Source: Candidatus Nomurabacteria bacterium
GTDB lineage: Bacteria > Patescibacteriota > Minisyncoccia > Phycocordibacterales > UBA9973
Reading direction: 5' to 3'
Length of the DNA stretch: 57,057 bases
Assembly: GCA_026396065.1 (NCBI GenBank)
Contig: JAPLXO010000010.1
Coordinates: 1 to 57,057, forward strand
Shown: in pieces, positions 27,141-36,435 of the stretch
How the letters are laid out: each line of letters starts with the position of its first letter
Position numbering within the stretch: the first letter of the stretch is position 1
Translations under genes and position numbers: made by a program
The notes under the pieces: generated by a model
What the model was told of the DNA's origin: nothing
What the model saw: only the letters and a program-made list of their open reading frames with translations
Database searches by the model: none

Positions 27141-27446
27141 ATGAAATTAAAAAAAGGAGACAACGTAATAATAATCGCTGGAAAAGATAAAGGCAAAAAG
27201 GGTAAGATCGCTCTTGTTTTGAATGACAAAAACCGCGTAGTGGTGGAAGGTTTAAACATGATGAAAAAACACCAACGTCCTCGAAAATCCGGTGAAAAAG
27301 GCCAAGTAATTTCAATGGCGACACCGATCAATGCATCAAACGTGATGATCCTAGATCCAAAGACAGGCAAAGCATCAAGACTAGGTAAGAAATTAGTCGG
27401 AGACAAAATGGTTCGCATTGCACGAAAGAGCGGACAAGAAGTTTAA
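27141..27446 (+). CDS. rplX: 50S ribosomal protein L24
   Basis: KKGDNVIIIAGKDKGKKG (KOW motif). Confidence 0.94.
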   Translation: MKLKKGDNVIIIAGKDKGKKGKIALVLNDKNRVVVEGLNMMKKHQRPRKSGEKGQVISMATPINASNVMILDPKTGKASRLGKKLVGDKMVRIARKSGQEV

Positions 27447-27464
27447 GAAATTAATTAATCAATT

Positions 27465-28034
27465 ATGAAACATTTAACTGTAAAAGAAAAAAACGATAAA
27501 GCATATGAAATAATGAAAGGTGCTTTCGGCTACAAGAATACTATGGCTGCTCCACGTTTACAAAAAATCGTGGTCAACGTAGGTACTGGTACTGCTATCA
27601 AGAAAGATAAAAATAGAAATACTTTTATTGCTGAAAGACTTGGTAAAATAACTGGTCAAAAGGCTGCTCTTCGTGGTTCAAAGCAATCAATCGCTTCATT
27701 CAAAGTCCGACAAGGTGACCCTATCGGCGTCGTAGTCACAATGCGCGGAAAGAGAATGTTTGCTTTCATTGAAAAATTAATCAACGTTGCGCTTCCTCGT
27801 ACGAAAGACTTCCGTGGTATCACTCGTCGTGCAGTCGATGACATCGGTAACATGACTCTCGGTATCAAGGAGCACACTATTTTCCCTGAAACAGCTGACG
27901 AAGATATCAAAGATGTTTTCGGCCTCGCGATCACTCTCGTCTCATCTGCAAAAACAAAGAAAGAGGGAACAGCATTCTTCGAACTCCTAGGTATTCCATT
28001 CAAGACTGAAGCTGACAGTAATAAGAAGAAATAA
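27465..28034 (+). CDS. rplE: 50S ribosomal protein L5
   Basis: PRLQKIVVNVG...RGKRMFAF..KL..VALPR.RDFRG. Confidence 0.96.
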   Translation: MKHLTVKEKNDKAYEIMKGAFGYKNTMAAPRLQKIVVNVGTGTAIKKDKNRNTFIAERLGKITGQKAALRGSKQSIASFKVRQGDPIGVVVTMRGKRMFAFIEKLINVALPRTKDFRGITRRAVDDIGNMTLGIKEHTIFPETADEDIKDVFGLAITLVSSAKTKKEGTAFFELLGIPFKTEADSNKKK

Positions 28035-28051
28035 ATTTACTTTTAAACTTT

Positions 28052-28077
28052 AAAAACACCCTACTGGGGTGTTTTTT
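28052..28077 (+). terminator. rho-independent terminator after rplE
   Basis: ACACCC (28056-28061) pairs with GGGTGT (28067-28072), followed by TTTTT. Confidence 0.75.
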
Positions 28078-28095
28078 GTTTTGTCTTTTAGTGCA

Positions 28096-28123
28096 TTGAC
28101 AAAACTTGTCAGTAATGTAATGT
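28096..28123 (+). promoter_or_regulatory. promoter with an overlapping palindrome
   Basis: TTGACA (28096-28101), 16 nt spacer, TAATGT (28118-28123). The palindrome TGACAA-AAC-TTGTCA (28097-28111) covers the -35 box. Confidence 0.5.
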
Positions 28124-28168
28124 TTAGAAAAAAGCACCTCGACAGTTTTGTTTTTTATACTGTTTGCT

Positions 28169-28214
28169 CTAGATATTATCCCAGTTTCTACTGGGGGATT
28201 GAGATAATATCTAG
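28169..28214 (+). promoter_or_regulatory. long 5'-UTR hairpin
   Basis: CTAGATATTATC (28169-28180) pairs with GATAATATCTAG (28203-28214), a perfect 12-bp stem enclosing the inner hairpin CCCAGT/ACTGGG. Confidence 0.7.
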
Positions 28215-28256
28215 ATAAATAAACAAAATAATTAAACAATTAAATACTGATAAACA

Positions 28257-29918
28257 ATGACAAAAAAGACAGGCGCTGGCCTTACTACAGACAAAAAGTT
28301 TACTCTTGCTGATTTGCAAAAGCTTTCAGAAGAGACACAGATACCACTTACTGTTTTGCAAAAAGAATATGGAGTTTATGAATTTCATTTTTCTTCTTGC
28401 ACAGAAGCAGTAAAAGAGTATAAGTCAGGTTACAGAAGTTGCCCATTCCCCAGCATAGAGGATGGCATTTATGACAAACCTGAAGTAATAGCTTTTCACA
28501 AAGCGTGGAAAGAAATTTCACTTACAGAACAAACCAATGTAACTAAATTGAGTTTTGAAGAATCATTAATGTTTATTCAAGTATGTTATCCACACGGGGA
28601 ACAACTTGTTTCCTTGATAAAAAACTTGAGAAAACATATTGGTAAAGACATACCTAAAATTGTTCGATTTATTAAGGAAGGACAAACTTTTACTTTTTAC
28701 AAAAGTGATGAATGCCCTGTTAAAGCTCTTAAAGAGTACTTAATGAAAAAAGTTGAAGTTCACTACGACAAAAAGATTAGTAAAGCAAAAAGTTTAGAAC
28801 AACTGCTTTTCATTGAGCAGGAAATTTATGACTACAAGTTTACCGAGGTTAGACCATTTCCTATTTTTTTTGAGATTTTATGGCAAAGAAAAGCTAGAAC
28901 TGCAAAAAAGATAGATGACTTAAGCCTTGTTGGAAACTGTTGTGGGCACGAAGTGCTTAGATGGAGGGAACTTTATCCTAAAGCCACAATAGCCGAAGCC
29001 TTACCAACTTTGAGAGAATTTCTTTTGAAGATCTGGCAGGCACACAAACCCGATGATGTTTATTCAATAATCAGACACTTTTTTTCAAAGTGTGAAAACG
29101 ACCGTCAGGCGAGATCATTACTTGATATGGGAAGAGGTTTCTTTCCTCCACAAGAGAATTATGACCGCAGTTGTGAACTGTACGAAATGGCCAATGAAAG
29201 GATTTACCGGAAACAGTTTCCAAACCCAAGACTGAAAGATATGAGGATTATTTCCAATAGTATTTATTCTGACTCGTACAAAAAGGAAATTGAGAAGCTT
29301 TGGATTAAAAAAACAGAAAAAGCTTTAACACAGCCGATTCATAATTTCGGAGTGTTGTACGAGATGGCTCATAAATCTTTACAGGAGAAAGTATTACGTG
29401 TTTGGAATGAATGGGGATTGAAACAAATTGAAGGGATAGAAACTTGGGAAGAATTGTCACAATTCAACTATAGTCTACTTCCATCTCCACAAGTGAGACG
29501 TGGTAGAGGTTATTACATTTGGGCAGGGAATCGCGATTCATTTTCGGCCTTTATCGTATTTCTCAATAAGATTATACCCACAGTGGATATTCTTGGAAAT
29601 AAAACCAGGGTTTTAGATTCTATTCTTAAGTTCAATGATGTGCTCACCGAGTGCCATATGTGGGATTTGTTGCAAGATGAACTTCAACAGATTCTTTTGA
29701 GGATTTTTGAAGAAAATCAGTCAGTTGAAGAACTATGGGCTTTGCACGAGAAAGTTTCAATTAGTCCGGCATATTCGTGGAAAAAAAGTGATGAGATGAT
29801 TATAGATGAAATCCTTAAAAAAGACCCTTCAGCTATAAATAAAGTTTTCACTAAAGTAAAACAGGGTGACCCATTGTTTAGTAAGTATTTAAAAATTAAA
29901 GTTGCGCAGATTACTTAA
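28257..29918 (+). CDS. orphan 553-aa protein inserted between rplE and rpsN
   Basis: Long uninterrupted ORF with its own promoter, leader and terminator. No recognisable motif. Confidence 0.6.
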   Translation: MTKKTGAGLTTDKKFTLADLQKLSEETQIPLTVLQKEYGVYEFHFSSCTEAVKEYKSGYRSCPFPSIEDGIYDKPEVIAFHKAWKEISLTEQTNVTKLSFEESLMFIQVCYPHGEQLVSLIKNLRKHIGKDIPKIVRFIKEGQTFTFYKSDECPVKALKEYLMKKVEVHYDKKISKAKSLEQLLFIEQEIYDYKFTEVRPFPIFFEILWQRKARTAKKIDDLSLVGNCCGHEVLRWRELYPKATIAEALPTLREFLLKIWQAHKPDDVYSIIRHFFSKCENDRQARSLLDMGRGFFPPQENYDRSCELYEMANERIYRKQFPNPRLKDMRIISNSIYSDSYKKEIEKLWIKKTEKALTQPIHNFGVLYEMAHKSLQEKVLRVWNEWGLKQIEGIETWEELSQFNYSLLPSPQVRRGRGYYIWAGNRDSFSAFIVFLNKIIPTVDILGNKTRVLDSILKFNDVLTECHMWDLLQDELQQILLRIFEENQSVEELWALHEKVSISPAYSWKKSDEMIIDEILKKDPSAINKVFTKVKQGDPLFSKYLKIKVAQIT

Positions 29919-29948
29919 TTAAATTTGAAGCAACATTCGAAATCCGAG

Positions 29949-29978
29949 AAGCCGCCCATTTGTACGGGCGGCTTTTTT
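29949..29978 (+). terminator. rho-independent terminator
   Basis: GCCGCCC (29951-29957) pairs with GGGCGGC (29966-29972), followed by TTTTTT. Confidence 0.85.
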
Positions 29979-29980
29979 AT

Positions 29981-30009
29981 TTGACTATTCCAACTCATTC
30001 TGCTAGTAT
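29981..30009 (+). promoter_or_regulatory. rpsN operon promoter
   Basis: TTGACT (29981-29986), 17 nt spacer, TAGTAT (30004-30009). Confidence 0.6.
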
Positions 30010-30134
30010 AGGACACAAGGGAATAGGGCTTTGAGTAATCCATTTTTCTCCTTATATTTTCAACCAATATGACTATTGCTTGAAGAAATAAGAAAAGAAG
30101 TGTGATATTACCGAGGACTTCCCGAATATTAATT

Positions 30135-30320
30135 ATGGCAAAAACATCAGTAATAGCTCGATCTAAAAAGACTCCAAAATTTTCAACTCGACAGAAAAAT
30201 CGATGTTTTCGCTGTGGTCGCGGTAATGGCTTTATGAGAGATTTCGGCATTTGTCGTATCTGCTTCCGAGAGCTAGCAAACGAAGGTATGATGCCAGGAG
30301 TTCGCAAGTCATCTTGGTAA
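30135..30320 (+). CDS. rpsN: 30S ribosomal protein S14, short zinc-ribbon (type Z) form
   Basis: MAKTSVIARSKK...CFRCGRGNGFMRDFGICRICFRE. The ATG at 30135 lies inside track ORF 30102. Confidence 0.93.
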   Translation: MAKTSVIARSKKTPKFSTRQKNRCFRCGRGNGFMRDFGICRICFRELANEGMMPGVRKSSW

Positions 30321-30330
30321 GAATAAATAT

Positions 30331-30717
30331 ATGGATCAAATTTCAAACATGATAATAATGATGAAGAATGCTAGTTTGGCTAATCGCCCTACTATCACTT
30401 TGCCTTATTCAAAAATGAAAGACGCTATTGCAGCTTGTTTGAAAAAGGAAGGCTATATTTCTTCTTTCTCAAAAAAGACAAAGAAAGGTTTCCCTGTGCT
30501 CGAAGTAGAGCTTATGTATATCGATGAAGCACCAAGAATCAAAGATGTAGAACGTGTTTCAAAACAATCACGCCGTGTATATGTAGGAGTAAATGATATC
30601 AAGCCAGTCAAGAACGGTTTCGGTTTATTAGTGCTTTCAACACCAAAAGGAATCATCGGAGGCAAAGAAGCCAAGAAAGAGATGGTTGGTGGAGAAGCTT
30701 TGTTTAAAATTTGGTAA
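30331..30717 (+). CDS. rpsH: 30S ribosomal protein S8
   Basis: ISNMIIMMKNA...GGEALFKIW. Confidence 0.95.
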   Translation: MDQISNMIIMMKNASLANRPTITLPYSKMKDAIAACLKKEGYISSFSKKTKKGFPVLEVELMYIDEAPRIKDVERVSKQSRRVYVGVNDIKPVKNGFGLLVLSTPKGIIGGKEAKKEMVGGEALFKIW

Positions 30718-30737
30718 AAAAATAATAGAAAAATTAT

Positions 30738-31271
30738 ATGAGTAGAATTGGAAAACAAGAAATAACAATACCAGCGGGAGTAGAAGTCACAAGAAGTGGA
30801 GCTACTTTGTCTGTGAAAGGTCCAAAGGGAACAATTTCCAAGATCTTTCGCGATGACATTACTATTACACTCGGTGATAAAGTTATAAATCTTACTACAG
30901 TTCGCAACGACAAATTCTCAAAATCACTTTGGGGTACTTATGCATCACATATAAAGAACATGATTGCAGGAGTACAAAACCCTTATGTAAAGAAATTAAT
31001 CCTAGAAGGAGTTGGTTTTAAATCAGATGTAAAAGGCAAAGAACTTCATTTAGCTCTTGGTTTTTCTCACCCTGTAGTTGTAAAAATTCCTGAAGGCCTT
31101 ACTGTTACTGCTGAAAAAAACAATCTTACTTTTACAGGTATTGATAAGGAAATGGTCGGTGCTTTCACTGCCGAAGTTCGCGCAATGAAAAAGCCAGAAC
31201 CATACAAAGGTAAAGGTTTCAGATATGACACAGAAGTAATCCGAAGAAAACAAGGTAAGAAGACTGCATAA
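30738..31271 (+). CDS. rplF: 50S ribosomal protein L6
   Basis: [15 protein letters not shown]...[11 protein letters not shown]. Confidence 0.96.
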   Translation: MSRIGKQEITIPAGVEVTRSGATLSVKGPKGTISKIFRDDITITLGDKVINLTTVRNDKFSKSLWGTYASHIKNMIAGVQNPYVKKLILEGVGFKSDVKGKELHLALGFSHPVVVKIPEGLTVTAEKNNLTFTGIDKEMVGAFTAEVRAMKKPEPYKGKGFRYDTEVIRRKQGKKTA

Positions 31272-31291
31272 TAATATATATAAATAAATTT

Positions 31292-31633
31292 ATGATGAAA
31301 AAGACAGAAAAAAGAATAAGACTAAAGTCAAAAATCCGAGCGAAAGTAAACGGCACAAAAGAATGCCCACGTCTTTCTATTTTTCGTTCAAATAAATTCA
31401 TCTATGCTCAAATTATTGACGATACAACAGGTAAGACTTTAGTTTCAGCAAGTGATGCAAAGACTACAAAAGGCACAAAGACAGTACGCGCAGAACAAGT
31501 AGGAAAGGCTATTGCCGAAGTTGCACTTGCAGCAAAAATTTCAAAAGTAGTTTTCGACAGAAATGGTTTTAAATACACAGGTCGCATTAAGATAGTTGCC
31601 GATGCAGCACGTGCAGGCGGACTTAAATTCTAA
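31292..31633 (+). CDS. rplR: 50S ribosomal protein L18
   Basis: [19 protein letters not shown]...[24 protein letters not shown]. Confidence 0.95.
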   Translation: MMKKTEKRIRLKSKIRAKVNGTKECPRLSIFRSNKFIYAQIIDDTTGKTLVSASDAKTTKGTKTVRAEQVGKAIAEVALAAKISKVVFDRNGFKYTGRIKIVADAARAGGLKF

Positions 31634-31640
31634 TAATTTT

Positions 31641-32276
31641 ATGGATACTCCAACAACACCACAAAAAAATACTACAGCTCCTACTCCAGCTTTTTTTAAC
31701 ACTAGACCAAACTCTCGTGATTCACGTGGAGGTGGACGCCGACCAAGTTCTTTCGACAGACCAAAGCCAGAATTTGATCAAAAGATTATCAATATCCGCC
31801 GTGTCACTCGTGTTGTAGCTGGAGGACGTCGTTTCTCTTTCTCTGTTGCACTCGTTGCTGGAGATAAAAAGGGTAGAATTGGTTTGGGTCTTGGTAAAGC
31901 AGGAGACACATCTCTCGCTATCAACAAAGCTCTACGCTCTGCAAAGAAAAATATGATTCAGCTCAAGCTTACAAAGACTATGTCTATTCCTTACGACGTT
32001 GCTGCAAAATTCTCAAGTTCAAAAGTAGTCATCATGCCAAACCGTGGTCGTGGACTCGTCGCAGGATCAGTAATCCGTGATATATTGAATATAGGAGGAA
32101 TTAAAGACATTACTGCAAAAATACACGGAGGTACAAAAAATAAATTAAACAATGCAAAAGCAACTATGGACGCACTTTCTCAGATTGCTGTAAAAGTCCC
32201 AAAGTTTTCAATTGTTGAAGCAGAGGTTCTTTCTGAAATGTTAAAACCAGGAGAAAACACAGAAGAAGTAAATTAA
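31641..32276 (+). CDS. rpsE: 30S ribosomal protein S5 with an N-terminal extension
   Basis: INIRRVTRVVAGGRRFSF...GLGKA. The ATG at 31641 follows the rplR stop. Confidence 0.93.
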   Translation: MDTPTTPQKNTTAPTPAFFNTRPNSRDSRGGGRRPSSFDRPKPEFDQKIINIRRVTRVVAGGRRFSFSVALVAGDKKGRIGLGLGKAGDTSLAINKALRSAKKNMIQLKLTKTMSIPYDVAAKFSSSKVVIMPNRGRGLVAGSVIRDILNIGGIKDITAKIHGGTKNKLNNAKATMDALSQIAVKVPKFSIVEAEVLSEMLKPGENTEEVN

Positions 32277-32292
32277 TATAAATATATTTTTT

Positions 32293-32607
32293 ATGCAAAT
32301 ACATACTTTAAAAAGAATACATAAGAATAAAAAAGACCGTATGGTTGGCCGTGGTGGTAAACATGCAAAGACTTCTGGCCGTGGTACAAAAGGTCAAAGT
32401 GCTCGTGCTGGAAATAAAAAGCGCCCAGAACTTAGAGACATAATAAAGAAATTACCAAAACTTCGCGGATATCGTTTTAAGGCTTTTCGTGCACCAGCAC
32501 TTGTAACAGCAGAAAAAGCTAGTGCATCTATAAAAGATAAAAAAATTAGTTTCAAAGAAATTAGAAAGAATTTAGGGATCAAGGGTAAGAAAATTAAAAT
32601 AAAATAA
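32293..32607 (+). CDS. rplO: 50S ribosomal protein L15 (short, 104 aa)
   Basis: VGRGGKHAKTSGRGTKGQSARAG. It starts 16 nt after rpsE, so there is no room for rpmD. Confidence 0.85.
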   Translation: MQIHTLKRIHKNKKDRMVGRGGKHAKTSGRGTKGQSARAGNKKRPELRDIIKKLPKLRGYRFKAFRAPALVTAEKASASIKDKKISFKEIRKNLGIKGKKIKIK

Positions 32608-32613
32608 AATAAA

Positions 32614-33885
32614 ATGCAAAAATTTTTAGCAAAAGTGAAAATTGTATTCTCTGATAAAATTCTAAGAAAGAGAATATTTTTTGTTCTTTTAGCTTTAGTA
32701 ATTTTCAGATTATTGGCATCTATTCCAATACCAGGTATTGATACAGTTGAATTAAACCGTTTCCTTTCCAATAACCAATTTTTTGGTATTTTAAATATTT
32801 TTTCTGGAGGTGGACTTTCTAATCTTTCAATAATAATGTTAGGAGTTGGACCATATATTACTTCTTCTATTATAATGCAAGTATTGACTATAATGATTCC
32901 AAAGCTCAAGGCTTTGTATCAAGAAGAAGGAGAAGCTGGACGTAAAAAATTTACTCAATACTCTCGTGTTATTGCTGTACCATTAGCTGCTATTCAAGGT
33001 TTTGGACTTTTGACTTTACTTGCTCGTCAAAATATTTTAGGAACATTAACAGGCTTTAGTATGGCTTCAAATTTGATTTTGATTATCGCTGGATCAATGC
33101 TACTTATGTGGATTGGTGAATTAATGTCTGAATTTGGTATTGGAAATGGTGTATCACTTATTATCTTTGCTGGTATTATTGCAAATATTCCGAGTGAAGT
33201 TAGCCAATTAATTTTCTCTTTTGATGTTTCTCAAATTCCTTTATTTTTGATTTTCTTTGTAGCAGGTATTCTTATAATTGCTGGTGTTGTTGTTGTTACT
33301 GAAGCTGAACGTCCTATACCTGTCACTTATGCAAAACAAGTTCGTGGAAATAAAATGTTTGGTGGTGGTTCTACTTATTTACCACTTCGCGTAAACCAAG
33401 CTGGAGTTATTCCAATTATTTTTGCTCTTTCAATATTATTATTTCCTCAAATGATTGGAAACGTCTTGGCAAATTCTAGTCACGCTTGGGTATTAAGCAT
33501 TTCTCATGGTCTTCTAGCTTTTTCACAAGGTACTTGGCTTTACACCTTGCTTTACTTTATTTTTGTATTTCTTTTTACTTATTTCTATACAGCAATTACT
33601 TTCGATCCAGAATCTTTAGCAACAAATTTACAAAAGAATGGTGCATTTATTCCTGGTGTTCGCCCTGGAGCAAGTACATCTGCTTATATATCTAAGGTTT
33701 TAAACCGTATTACTTTGCTCGGTGCAGTATTCCTAGGTGTAATTGCTATTTTGCCACTTATAGCTCGTTCTATCACTGGTATCACTGCTATAGCTCTTGG
33801 AGGTACAGCACTCCTTATCGTAGTCTCTGTAGTCCTAGACCTCATAAAGAAAGTAGATGCTCAAATCTCAATGCGAGAGTATTAA
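32614..33885 (+). CDS. secY: preprotein translocase subunit SecY
   Basis: IPIPGID, GVGPYITSSIIMQ, and 10 TM-like segments. Confidence 0.96.
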   Translation: MQKFLAKVKIVFSDKILRKRIFFVLLALVIFRLLASIPIPGIDTVELNRFLSNNQFFGILNIFSGGGLSNLSIIMLGVGPYITSSIIMQVLTIMIPKLKALYQEEGEAGRKKFTQYSRVIAVPLAAIQGFGLLTLLARQNILGTLTGFSMASNLILIIAGSMLLMWIGELMSEFGIGNGVSLIIFAGIIANIPSEVSQLIFSFDVSQIPLFLIFFVAGILIIAGVVVVTEAERPIPVTYAKQVRGNKMFGGGSTYLPLRVNQAGVIPIIFALSILLFPQMIGNVLANSSHAWVLSISHGLLAFSQGTWLYTLLYFIFVFLFTYFYTAITFDPESLATNLQKNGAFIPGVRPGASTSAYISKVLNRITLLGAVFLGVIAILPLIARSITGITAIALGGTALLIVVSVVLDLIKKVDAQISMREY

Positions 33886-33903
33886 TCAAAATAAAATTTA
33901 TTC

Positions 33904-33929
33904 AAAAAACTCCGGGAACGGAGTTTTTT
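33904..33929 (+). terminator. rho-independent terminator after secY
   Basis: CTCCG-GGAA-CGGAG followed by TTTTTT. Confidence 0.75.
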
Positions 33930-33958
33930 GTTTATAGTCTTTATAGTATAATTAAAAT

Positions 33959-34702
33959 ATGAAAAATTTCTTAAAACTTATATTATCTTGTGCCTTGTTT
34001 ACGGTTGTGTTTTTTATATTTAGAAGTCCAATGTATTATAATCTTAATACACTTTTAGCTGATCTTGGTGGACTTGCATATCTCTATTCTACAGTCGTGT
34101 TTATATTTGCGATTTTTGCTGCTTTTGTAATTTTCTTTGAAGCAGAACGTTGGAATAGTCTAGTCGATGCGGTGAAGGGGGAAGTGGGTCAATTAAATGA
34201 ACTTTATTTATGGTCACGACATTTACCAGAAAATTTAAAAAGTAGATTTTCTACTGATATTAAAAAATATTTAGAAGTTCGTGTTAATAGTAGATTGCAT
34301 TATGGTAATAAAAAAAATTTAGAAACAGAAGAAACATTGAATTCTTTACATAATGATATTTATCAAATTTTAAAAGATGAACCTACAATGATGCCTACAG
34401 CCTTTTCAGCTTTTAGTGATTTGATGAAATTTCGTGAAAAGAGGATTCATTATTCTCATTTTCATTTACCAAAGATTTTAAAATATACGCTCTATTTTAA
34501 TTCAGTTTTATTAATACTATTTTCATTTTTAATAGCAGTTAAAAATGTTTGGTTGGCTTATATTTTTGTATTAGGTATTTTTGCTCTTGTAGAGAGTATG
34601 TTCTTATTAATAGATGATTTAGATCATCCAATGCGTCCTGGTAGCTTTCATATTACTACAGATTCATATCAAGAATTATTAGATAATATTAATAAAAATT
34701 AG
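33959..34702 (+). CDS. orphan membrane protein (247 aa)
   Basis: TM helices at both ends. TATAAT 33947-33952 lies 6 nt before the ATG. Confidence 0.55.
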   Translation: MKNFLKLILSCALFTVVFFIFRSPMYYNLNTLLADLGGLAYLYSTVVFIFAIFAAFVIFFEAERWNSLVDAVKGEVGQLNELYLWSRHLPENLKSRFSTDIKKYLEVRVNSRLHYGNKKNLETEETLNSLHNDIYQILKDEPTMMPTAFSAFSDLMKFREKRIHYSHFHLPKILKYTLYFNSVLLILFSFLIAVKNVWLAYIFVLGIFALVESMFLLIDDLDHPMRPGSFHITTDSYQELLDNINKN

Positions 34703-34743
34703 ACAGTAAAGCCCTTGCTTTTTGTGTAATTATATGTTAATAT

Positions 34744-34769
34744 AGAGCCTAATAAATTAGGCTCTTTTA
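34744..34769 (+). terminator. hairpin plus T-run
   Basis: AGAGCCTAA (34744-34752) pairs with TTAGGCTCT (34757-34765), a perfect 9-bp stem, followed by TTT. Confidence 0.6.
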
Positions 34770-34775
34770 CATATT

Positions 34776-34834
34776 GTTTTTATTGGTTTTCATAGGAGAT
34801 TCTGAATAGTCTTTTGTGAAAACCAAATAAAAAC
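34776..34834 (+). promoter_or_regulatory. long 5'-UTR hairpin
   Basis: GTTTTTATTGGTTTTCA (34776-34792) pairs with TGAAAACCAAATAAAAAC (34817-34834): 17 bp with a 1-nt bulge. It ends 6 nt before the ATG at 34841. Confidence 0.7.
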
Positions 34835-34840
34835 AAAAAA

Positions 34841-35710
34841 ATGAAAAAAATAATTTTTTTAATTACTACGTTCATGGCGTTTGTAGTAATACCTTTTACC
34901 GTGTTTTCACAGGATTCAATTAAAATTAATACAGAGAACAAAAACATAGAAAAAATTGATGGAGATTATGTTGTTAATAATTTTGTGCTTCCTTCAATTG
35001 CTGAAAATGTAGTTAATAGTTATTTTTTACGTAAAGCTCTATTTGTTTGGAAACAAAACAATGAACAAAAAGAGTGGCTAGATTATATTTTATCCGATAG
35101 TGCTTATTTTTATCGTCTTAATTTTGAAAATGACGATAATAAAGAAAACACAATAGATGAAATTTGGAGACGTAGGAATGAGTTAAGCTACAAGTATGTC
35201 GTTGAACCTATTGAAAAAATTAAGAATTACATTCCTGGTGCTACTGGATACTATGATACAGTAGTGCATTTACCAGATATAGATTATTTAGGTGAAACAG
35301 GAGCACTTCATGAATTTGTGCATCAAATTACAAATGGAGGTAAGTATATTACTCCATATGCAAAAAAACTTTACAAATTAGCCTTTGATTCTAGTAAAGT
35401 CGGTAATAATATTCTTTGCCAAGAAAAAATATTTAAAAATAGCAAAGGAGAATTTTTAAAGTATAGTGCTGTTACTGAAAGGGAATATTATGGTAATCCA
35501 ATAGAAATGGATGCTTTTAATAAACAATTTCGTTTCCTTTTTTGGACATTGACTGGTAAAAATTATAGTGAAGAATTTACAGAGTGTGACTATGAAAAAG
35601 CTATGGAGTTATTAAAAGAAGGATCTTTTAATCAAAGCAAAAATGTTGTAATGTTTTTAAAAAGTATTAAACATGAATATTTTTGTTTAATAATGAATAC
35701 TATCGCATAA
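34841..35710 (+). CDS. secreted putative zinc metallopeptidase (orphan)
   Basis: N-terminal signal-like helix and an HExxH motif (LHEFVHQI). Confidence 0.55.
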   Translation: MKKIIFLITTFMAFVVIPFTVFSQDSIKINTENKNIEKIDGDYVVNNFVLPSIAENVVNSYFLRKALFVWKQNNEQKEWLDYILSDSAYFYRLNFENDDNKENTIDEIWRRRNELSYKYVVEPIEKIKNYIPGATGYYDTVVHLPDIDYLGETGALHEFVHQITNGGKYITPYAKKLYKLAFDSSKVGNNILCQEKIFKNSKGEFLKYSAVTEREYYGNPIEMDAFNKQFRFLFWTLTGKNYSEEFTECDYEKAMELLKEGSFNQSKNVVMFLKSIKHEYFCLIMNTIA

Positions 35711-35711
35711 G

Positions 35712-35744
35712 AAAAGTCCCCGTGATCAAAAACGGGGATTTTTT
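35712..35744. terminator. bidirectional terminator
   Basis: TCCCCGT (35717-35723) pairs with ACGGGGA (35732-35738), with A-runs and T-runs on both sides. It sits between convergent genes. Confidence 0.8.
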
Positions 35745-36372
35745 AGTTTTCTATAATTTTCTTATATCCTTCTATAGCTTTTAAAATATCTTTTGTTACA
35801 TTAGGTACAGTTTGTTTGCCGTTTATTATTTTTAGTTTTTTTAGACTTTGAAAATATTTCACAGTTTTACCGACTTGGTTTGTGTGCCAAGCAATTCTTC
35901 GAGCTATAACGTCTTCTTTATCATCAAGGTTTCGTTTGTCTTTTGTTTGTTTAATTTTTAGACTTGTAGTTGCAATTGTTCTATTTAATGAACGTTTATA
36001 AACTTCTTTTTCAGGCAGTGTCACATAAAGAGCAAAAAAGTTTTGTTTTTTTTCTTCGAATAATTTCTTTAGAAGTTGGGCCTCTGGTTTAAGCCGTGGG
36101 TTACCAACAAAGAGCAAATCTTTATTTTTAGGTTTTTTGGCAATCTCTTGAACAAGAAATTTTTTCATTAATGCTACTGGGGCTGGGTGACCCTTGCCCA
36201 TTGTTCTACGAATCCAGTCTCCATCTGCACTTTTTTCTTTCATTATTTCTCTCCAATGTTTACCAGATTCTACTGGCTTGAGAGCATATTTTTTCATTAG
36301 AAATTTTGCTTGTGTATCTTTACCAGAAGCAATCATTCCTAATAGAACTATATTAAAATTCAATTTTTTCAT
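35743..36372 (-). CDS. adenylate-kinase-family nucleoside monophosphate kinase (divergent second copy)
   Basis: P-loop-like LLGMIASGKDTQAKFL with overall adk-like length and layout. Confidence 0.55.
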   Translation of the reverse strand: MKKLNFNIVLLGMIASGKDTQAKFLMKKYALKPVESGKHWREIMKEKSADGDWIRRTMGKGHPAPVALMKKFLVQEIAKKPKNKDLLFVGNPRLKPEAQLLKKLFEEKKQNFFALYVTLPEKEVYKRSLNRTIATTSLKIKQTKDKRNLDDKEDVIARRIAWHTNQVGKTVKYFQSLKKLKIINGKQTVPNVTKDILKAIEGYKKIIEN

Positions 36373-36435
36373 GTGCAGTCATTCTATTATAAAAATCTTG
36401 ATTATTCAAGTTTTTTCCTGTATTCTATAGTTATT

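Noticed and set aside
29915-30346. 143-aa minus-strand ORF.
   Set aside because: It overlaps the terminator, promoter and coding sequence of rpsN on the opposite strand.
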